Assembly: GCA_002189035.1 (NCBI GenBank)
Contig: NEEC01000012.1
Coordinates: 2,666,001-2,730,000, forward strand
DNA length: 64,000 nt
Direction of reading: 5' to 3'
DNA from: Utricularia gibba
Lineage: Eukaryota > Plantae > Magnoliophyta
A program made the translations under genes and the position numbers. Position 1 is the stretch's first letter; each line of letters starts with the position of its first letter. This document shows, piece after piece, positions 56,062 through 64,000 of the stretch. Under the pieces are notes generated by a model that saw only the letters and a list, made by a program, of their open reading frames with translations, had not been told where the DNA came from and searched no databases.

Positions 56062-56549
56062 TAGAGATGAAAGTTGAGCCGGACCGGGCTGGCCCGGCCC
56101 TATTTCAGAGAGCCTTAAGTTTCGGGCTAGGGCCGGGCTAAAGCCCGATTACATAAAAATATGATTAACATGGATCACGGGCTTACCATATAAAAATAAA
56201 AAAATAAAAAAATTATTAAACATTAATATACATTTTAATATTATTTAAATAATTTATAGAAAAAATTTTAAAATTATTATACAAATTATTAATTCATATT
56301 ATCTATCCTTAAAATAAAAAAAATATATAAAATGAATTTAAATTATTCAAAATTAAGAATAATTATAATTATTATATATAAAAATTCTATTTTTAACTTG
56401 GCCCTAAGCCCAATCGGCCCTAAGGGCTTAGGGCTTCGGGCCAAAAAGCACGACAATCTTTCGGGTCATCAATGTACACGCCCAAGCCCGATGTTTTTTA
56501 GGGCCGGGTCGGGCCGGCCCACGGTCTTGGGCTTTAACTTTCATCCCTA
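56062..56549. mobile_element. hAT-superfamily MITE, 488 bp
   Basis: TIRs TAGAGATGAAAGTT / AACTTTCATCCCTA; perfect 8-bp TSD GCATGGAT at 56054-56061 and 56550-56557; GGCCCG-rich subterminal arms and AT-rich core. Confidence 0.93.
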
Positions 56550-57435
56550 GCATGGATGTTCGAATGTTTTTTTTAAATAAATTAATAATTTGCCTTATAA
56601 AGTGTTGCTTAGGCTTGTAACTACCAATTCTCTGCAAGTTGTGTTTGATGATCTTTTTACTTTTCTTATAAATAATTAAGTTGACATAAATTATAATTAA
56701 ACGATAAATTATTTGAATTTTATTATATTACTTTTATTAAAAAATAAAATTTATGAATGATGAGTTGTGCACGTGGCGATTGTGAACAGTTGAATTTTAT
56801 TACGAAATCTAATTATATCACTTATTACGGTAACATGAGGAAACAAATTAGAAAAAATATTTAATAAAAGATATTAGAAATGCGGTGCTTTTTTTAAAAA
56901 AAAATGAATTCTTGATTTTGATTTTCATAGATTAGAAATAATAGGTAATTGAAAATAACGTTTCTTTTTTGCTGATAAAAAGAAATTAGCAATAACGCAT
57001 CTTGGGCTTTTTTAGGGCCATTTGTGATTTTCCAAATGGGCCAAAAGCCCATCACATGATTCGAAATTTAATATTAATATATTAATAATAAACTATGATA
57101 CAATTTGTTTTAAATTAAAATAATTTTAATTATGAATTTAGTTAAATTTTTAAATAAACATACAAAATTAGTTAATAATTTTTTTTATTTAAGAACGAAG
57201 CTTCGTGACATGACACGTGGCAAAAGTGGCTGGGGCAAGGGAGGCATAGAAAGAGAAGCGTTTTTTTTCTCCGGGAAAGTTCGTAGAAAGCGCGGAGTGG
57301 GATGCTGACAAACTAATACACTGAAGAAAGGCGTGGGTCTCACACGCCAATAACGAAAACCCAGCGCGTTATGTTCAAAAACAATATTCAAATGAGGATA
57401 AAGTTGGAGAGAAAAATATATTTAAAATATGGATG

Positions 57436-57443
57436 TGACGTCA
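57436..57443. promoter_or_regulatory. TGACGTCA (TGA/bZIP) palindrome upstream of the WRKY gene
   Basis: Exact octamer about 520 bp before the ATG; function is inferred only. Confidence 0.4.
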
Positions 57444-57964
57444 GCTCAACATCATCGACCCCCCTCATTTTCTGATTATTTATTTATCCAGGGAATCCTT
57501 TTTCTCCTTTATGTCCCTTTTGAACCGTAAATTTCATTATCATTTTTATTCCAAAGAAAATAAAAATAATCCAATTACTTAGGATTTAATCTTAAAAAGA
57601 AAATCAAATTCGGATCAATTTCCGAGAATTTTCGAGAAAGTTTATTTATGTGGAATTGTGGTACGGATAGTGGTGTATATGTGGAATTGAAGATGCGGTG
57701 GACATGAGAAGAAACGGGGAAGGAGGAGTTAGAAAGAGTCAGCGGTCCAACCCTTCGAGAACTGGGACAGGCCTGGGAGATTGTCCGGTCGACCGGACAA
57801 AAAAACTCGGTTTCCTGGTCAAGTCCCCAGTCACACATATCACTTTCTTTCAGGATCACCATCTCTTTAAATTGAAGACCAAGTTTCGAAGCAGGTGCAC
57901 ATACACAGACCTTGGCTCGCAGGAACCTTCTTCTGCTGCTTCTTTCCGTGTCTCCGGGGGTTCG

Positions 57965-59146
57965 ATGACGGGATGCCACCAACTGGTTGCGGAGCTCTCC
58001 CAGGGAATGGCGAAGGCCAGGGAGCTTCGACGGCTGCTGAATGAAACTGCAGTAGAGGAAGAGGATCAGGTATTCCTTCTGCAGATGATAATATCGTCTT
58101 TCGAAAAAGCTTTGGGGGTGCTCAAGGCACCAGCTTCTTCTCCATCTGCATATGAAAGTAAAGGGGCACGCAGGTATGCCAGAGATGGAAATGGATCCAA
58201 AAAGAGGTATGTATGCATATGAGAATGTGTAGTTGATGAGCAATAAGAAACACTGGCTTGCTTTCTGTCAGATAGAAACGTTCTGTATCTAACAGTTGGG
58301 TGCCTCTATTAATGTAACAGGAAGCTTGAGTCGACATGGACTCGGGAAATGAGAGTTGATTCTGGAAGTGAAGGGCCTGCAGAAGATGGGTATACCTGGA
58401 GAAAGTATGGACAGAAGGAGATACTTGGATCCAAGCATCCAAGGTAAGCGCTGCTTCTTTTCTTTGATTAGCTGAAAATTGCGTAAAGAAAAAGGGACTA
58501 ACTGAGCATCATCTTCAATAGAAGCTACTACAGATGCACGCACAAGTATCTGCGTAACTGCTTAGCAACAAAGCAAGTGCAAAGATCTGATGAGGATGGA
58601 GCAGGCTTTGATGTCAAATATATAGGAACTCATTCATGCGACACGGTGCCGAATCCAACCGAGCCAAGCTTTGAGAAAAGGAGTAGCAGCTTGTTCTACC
58701 ATCAAGGAGAGTACCAGAATGATGTACTTCAAAGTATGAAAACTAACCTCAAAGTTGAGACGGATATGGAGGAGACAGCAGCGGATTCATTCTTTACTGG
58801 ATTTGCAAGGAATGAGCAGGAGAATTATTGTTCCCCAATATCTGCTTTTTTTGATGAGACTGGCAGCTTCTGCTCCTCAACAACTCTTGCCGATGATGGT
58901 CGGATGAGCGTATACTCATCTCCAGCGTTCCAATCCCCTGCCACATCAAGGACAAATTACTTCTGTGACACATCTTACCACACGGGAGAGTACAAGAAAG
59001 TGCAGCTCCCTGCAGAAACTCAAGTCCCAGAGACTGCCTCAGGACATGTGCCAACAACCATTTCCCCAAGTGAAGGCATGGACGAAGCGATCCTGGATCC
59101 ACGTTTCACAATGGACATCTCAGAGATATTGGAATATCTCTCATGA
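57965..59146 (+). CDS. Group III WRKY transcription factor, 3 exons (57965-58206, 58321-58443, 58522-59146)
   Basis: ELSQGMAKAREL N-terminal motif, WRKYGQK, C-X7-C-X23-H-X-C zinc finger. Confidence 0.94.
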
Positions 59147-59407
59147 TGATGCTTGATAGATTGCTAGTAAATAGCTTCATCCTAGTTCTTGAGGAAACAC
59201 AGTAGAATGTCATCCATATCCATCTGGATGGATCCAAAATTGAGCAAAAATAAGAGTAACAATCTTTCAGTAAAGAAACTCTGTAATCTAAATTTCGTCG
59301 ACCATATGTAGGAAAGAAGTAGAAATTCAACAAGATATGGATGAAAAGTGTACAAGTCACAGAGGGAAGATTGTTTGTAGGAAAATATACAAGGTTATAT
59401 TTACAGT

Positions 59408-60196
59408 CTAGATGGAAGACTTTTCCTCTGTGGCTTCAGAAGCTGAATTTGATGCACTTGCTTCTCCATTTTGCGCTTGAGCTTTTCTGAGAGCGCTTCT
59501 CAGGCCCAATACAATGAATATGTTGGTGAGAGTAAGGAGTGATTCAGCTCCACCATGTAACCAGTCAACGTTGGACAAAGATGTTCCATAATGAATCTTG
59601 GCTGTTACAAAAACGAACAATCTAAGCATGAGTGATGTCAGAGGCAAACCAGAAATAGATCAATATGAAGTTACCATAGATTCCAGCTGGTACTGCATTG
59701 TGAGAGTGATGTAGATCCCGCAAACATGCACATTTCATCAACCAGAACTAATTTCACAATTCCAGGAAGATGAATTAAGATTGGGAAAGAGGTAAAGCTT
59801 ACTTGTAGCACCCACGAAGGCTAGCAAGAAGTAGAACCCAAAAAGCGTGAGTCTTGGCGCAGACTTTGATTTAGTGATGAAATACAAGAACCCTAAGTAG
59901 GGAAACAGGGAGAACGCAAAAAGTTGCGAAGCTATGCTCTGTGAATCAATATTCGGCGCCCATGGATCCACCGGAAACAAAAAAGAACCACAAGAAACCC
60001 AATTTCTCTTCATTCTAAACACTCCCCCTCGCTTTTCAGTAACTACCCAGCGCCGTCCGCAATCGAATCGCTTCCTGGGAGCAAGAATAGCATCTCCCGT
60101 TTTCAAACAAAGAATGTTGCGTGGACTGTATCCTTGCCGCGGACAGGAAGAGCCCATAAAGAGGGGCGACCACATTCGCAACAGGAAGCTCGTCAT
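59408..60196 (-). CDS. DUF3593-type predicted plastid membrane protein, 3 exons including an 18-nt microexon
   Basis: SQLFAFSLFPYLGFLYF, LTLFGFYFLLAFVGAT|IPAGIY|AKIHYGTSLSNVDWLHGGAESLLTLTN. Confidence 0.87.
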
Positions 60197-60416
60197 AATC
60201 GTATTCAGTAATCAGTTGTCAAGCCAGACCCCAGAAGGAAGAAGCCAAGCTTGATAGAAGTGTGGATCCAGATATTTATCCTTTCGTATAGCCGCCGGCC
60301 ACGTAATGTATATAGTACGGTCCCGCTTGGCCATTGTCGTTTCTCCACCGCACAACCCAAAAGCCTTGATTTATTTAATGGTGAGAACAATCTCAGTTCT
60401 TGCACCACAAACGAAG

Positions 60417-62106
60417 ATGGTGATCGAGTTGCCTCTTGCACTAATCACCATTTTCCTCGCCATTGCCTCCATTTTGTGGTTTCTTTTTCCAAGAAAATCT
60501 CTTCCGGGGCCTTACGGCGTTCCGATTCTAGGCTACTTGCCCTTTCTCCAGCCGGATTTACATCTCCAACTGCACAAAGTCGCCCAAAAATACGGCCCCG
60601 TCTTCAAACTCAACCTCGGCACAAAGCTCTGCGTCGTCGTCTCTTCCCCTGGTCTCATCAAGCAAATCGTACGCGAAAACGACGCCGTCTTCGCGAACCG
60701 AGATCCCCCAGCCGCCGGACTAATCGCTACCGGAGGAATCGACATCGCTTGGGCACCAAACGGCGTCTACTGGAGGGAAGTTCGCAAATTGTTCGTCAGA
60801 GAAGTACTCAGCAACAAGAGTCTCGACTCCTCGTATTCACTCCGGAGAGAAGAAGTCAGAAAAGCGGTGAGGAAATTAAGGAATGAAGCGGGTAAAAGCG
60901 TGGTCATCGGAGACCTAATCTTCGATACCGAGACCGAAGTGATCATGAACTTGCTCTGGGGACCAATTCTCGGCGCCGAAAAATGGCAAGAGTTGCAAAA
61001 AGAGTTCCGAAAACATATGAAAAAGTTAGTGGACTTGCTTGGGCAGCCAAACATCTCCGATTTCTTCCCCATCCTTTCCAAATTCGATTTCCAGGGCATT
61101 GCGCGACAGACGAGGGAAGTCGTCTCCGAGGTCGAAAAGACCATCGATTTCGTGATCGAGGAGAAGAAGAAACAAAAATCCAACATCACCAGCGATCACG
61201 ACACTAGAGACGTTCTACACCGCCTTCTGGAGCTCATCGGACAAGACCTTGGAGACGGCGTACGTTTTGGCGTCGCCCAGATCAAAGCCCTGCTACTGGT
61301 AAGCAAAGCAAAGTAAACGAAAGGGGTAGTTTAGTAATTCTTATTTCTAAATTTCCTTTTTTATTTTTAATAAACTTGCCAGGACATGCTCGCCGCCGGA
61401 ACAGACACCACGTCGACTGCCGTGGAATGGGCGATGATGGAGCTTTTAGACCATCCACGTGTCATGGAGAAGGTGATTTCCAATTTGGGAAAAATAAATA
61501 AATTTCAGGAAAATTGTAATAATATATTTTAATTTTTATATCTTTAGATTTTTTTGTTTTTTGGCAGGTGGTTGAAGAGGTCACCGGAGTTGTGGGGAGG
61601 GAGGAATTCGTGGAAGAGTGGCACTTGCGTGAGCTCCGGTATCTTGAAGCTGTCGTAAAAGAAGCGCTCCGGCTGCATCCTCCGTTGCCTCTGCTCATTC
61701 CGCGGTGCCCCTCTCGATCCTGTGTAATCGGAGGGTACGAAGTTCCGGCGGGGCAAGGGTTTTCTTGAATGTTTGGTCGGTTCAAATGGACCCTAATTTA
61801 TGGGGCAGTCCGTCGGAGTTCAGGCCGGGGAGGTTCTTGGAGGGCAGCGCGAGCAAGGCCGATTACATGGGGAGTTGCTTCCAATACCTTCCATTTGGTT
61901 CTGGAAGAAGAATTTGTCCTGGCTTGCCTTTGGCGGAGCGAATGGTGATGCATTTTGTTGCCATGCTTGTCCATTCGTTCGAGTGGCGGCTGCCGGATGG
62001 GGAGACGCTCGATCGATCGGAGATGTTCGGGATCGTGATGAGGAAGAAGGTGCCGTTGGTTGCCGTGCCGTATCCCAGACTAGAGTCCCCGGAGGCCTAC
62101 TCATGA
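60417..62106 (+). CDS. Cytochrome P450, CYP71 clan, CYP706-like; 3 exons (60417-61298, 61383-61472, 61568-62106); apparent -1 frameshift
   Basis: LPGPYGVPILGYLPFL, FANRDPP, AGTDTTS, EALRLHP, PFGSGRRICPG; family assignment from remembered similarity. Confidence 0.88.
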
Positions 62107-62113
62107 TCAATGG

Positions 62114-62659
62114 TAGGGATGAAAGTTAAAGTCCAAGCCCATTGTCCGGCCCGGCCCGGACCTAAAAAACATCGGGTTTGGACCTATACATTGATGACTC
62201 AAAATATTGTCGGGTTTTTTGGCCCGAAGCCCTAAGCACTTAGGCCCGATTGGGCTTCGGGCCTTAAAGCTCGACGGGTCTAGGACCAATTTAAAAATAT
62301 GATTTTTATATATGATAATTATAATTATTTTTTATTTTTAATAATTAAAATTCATTTTATATGCATTATTTTATTTTTAGAATAGATAATATGAATTAAT
62401 AATTTATATAATAATTTTTAATAAAATTATTTAAATAATATTAAAAATGTATATTAATGTTTAATAATTTTTTAAATTTTTTATTTATTACATGATAGGC
62501 CCGTGGGTCGGGTAGGGCCAGCCCGGCCCAATGAATAATCGAGCTAAGGCCGTGCTAATCATATTTTTGTGTAATCGGGTTTTAGCCCGGTCCTAGCCCG
62601 AAACTTGACGAGGCCCTCTGAAATAGGGTCGGGCCGGCCTGGCCCAACTTTCATCTCCA
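62114..62659. mobile_element. hAT-superfamily MITE, 546 bp, same family as 56062-56549, opposite orientation
   Basis: TIRs TAGGGATGAAAGTT / AACTTTCATCTCCA; perfect 8-bp TSD ATCAATGG at 62106-62113 and 62660-62667. Confidence 0.93.
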
Positions 62660-62809
62660 ATCAATGGAATGGAACTACATACACTTAAATCTACGGCGAA
62701 CTTATTCTGCAACTATTTTGGGAGTGCTCGGCTTCATATCAGAAGCGGATGTACAACAGTAGAAAGAAAAAACGGGCCGAAGTCAACATAGCAGCAGAAA
62801 GGAGTTGGA

Positions 62810-63198
62810 GAAGGTGATTCGTATCAGAAACATTGATTTGAACATATTCTGTATACAGGCAGCAGCAGACTGCTGTAGGAGTGAAGAAAAGAGTTCACTT
62901 CATTGAAGGCTGGAGCTGGGCTCACTCTATGATCACTTGACGTATGACTCCAGGAAGAACACCACCATCATCTACAGGAGCAGTTTGGATTTCAATGTGC
63001 CTCAAGTAATCCAACTGGTTCTGCTCACACAAGGCTTTCTGATGTATAAGAGTTCTCAGATTAGTCTCAGAACATCAGACAGAAAATTTTATTCTCAATG
63101 TACTCAATGAGAAGAGGTAGTGGAAGCTAACCGGGGTATGTTTCCAGCAGAGACGCGACCAAAGGGAGATTCCGCTGAAGAAACCGAGGCGTTCTTGC
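62810..63198 (-). pseudogene. Decayed, internally deleted duplicate of the aminotransferase-like gene at 46054-47924
   Basis: About 62810-63103 aligns by eye to about 46510-46807, and 63104-63198 to about 47812-47905. Confidence 0.9.
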
Positions 63199-63379
63199 GC
63201 TTTTCTGCCCCTAGTTTCGCTTTGATCAGTTTGCAGATGGCTTATGCAACGGTTCAAGTGCATTGTACTACCATTTGGTGGAGATTGTTTCTGCATTACC
63301 GATATAGAATAGAAACTTTTTAGTAGAAATTGAGCAACTGGAGATGCACTAAACATAAAAGCTAAAGATTTAGAGATGG

Positions 63380-63975
63380 GATTTCTTCAACTTCAACTTA
63401 CAAGTATCATCATCGTGATCATCATCAACGGGTTCATAATCATCATCAGAAGCAATGGGTTCATCAGCTTCCTCCTCATCATCAGGTTTATCATTGACAT
63501 CCTTATCACCATCATTCTATCTTCAATTTCTGACATCATCATAATACTTCAACATCCAAAATATATTTGGTATAGTGCATTCCACTGTCCACACATCAAT
63601 AGCACAAGGAATTGATTATATCACAGTAACAATAGATGAAGAAACTGATGCTAATAACCATGCAACTATAATTGAATTCATGGCATTTCATGTTTTCTTA
63701 TCAAGTTTATTTCTTGTTTCTTCTTGATTTTAATCAAAAATGAAATTCTCCAAATTCTTCATATGTATTCTCAATTTTATGCAACGAGACCAACTAAGAT
63801 AATTCTTTGTATCTTCAAGTGACGTAGTATCCTAAAATCGCATCTAAAACACCTTTACCATCCCTTCCATAATCTCCTTTGGCTGTTCGACAGTCACATG
63901 ATTCCCCATAATCTCCACTCAGCGCTTTGCTAGTCCACGCTATCACTCTAATACTCCATTAAGCTTCACATTGAC
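63380..63975 (-). mobile_element. Degenerate Ty1/copia gag-like remnant followed by an acidic (D/E-rich) stretch
   Basis: NVKLNG near 63955-63970 and NAMNSIIVAWLLASVSSSIV...AIDVW near 63585-63700 resemble copia gag motifs; many stops; no LTR seen inside the window. Confidence 0.55.
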
Positions 63976-64000
63976 AACGAAGAACTCTAGGGTTCTTCAT

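Noticed and set aside
23676-62106. Biosynthetic gene cluster made of a 2OGD, an SCPL, an aminotransferase and two P450s
   Set aside because: The 2OGD is a canonical GA20ox, the SCPL looks like a peptidase-type rather than clade IA acyltransferase, there is no scaffold-forming enzyme, and housekeeping genes are interspersed.

Overview
Gene-dense eudicot nuclear DNA. About 19 recognisable protein-coding genes, mostly with short introns: a diverged ARF10/16-clade factor, an atypical cytoplasmic kinase, GET3b, a PAN/cyclophilin-like gene, SEC8, GA20ox, an SCPL48/49-type carboxypeptidase, a DUF4050 gene, hyccin, REC8/SYN1, SUV3, H2B, VHA-G, a class IV aminotransferase-like gene, a DUF668/PSI gene, CYP77A, a group III WRKY, a DUF3593 gene and a CYP706-like P450. 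Also present: two complete hAT MITEs with perfect 8-bp TSDs (each 3' of a P450), a 5'-truncated membrane-tethered NAC pseudogene, an internally deleted second copy of the aminotransferase gene, a copia gag remnant and several unexplained decayed or spliced segments. Five genes each lack exactly one G/C at a short G or C run, which most likely reflects assembly error. I did not find a clearly new multi-gene system. The best leads are the ARF with an eroded miR160 site and no PB1 domain, an unannotated spliced locus at about 52 kb, the NAC remnant and the deleted duplicate. All family assignments are from remembered motifs; no database search was run.
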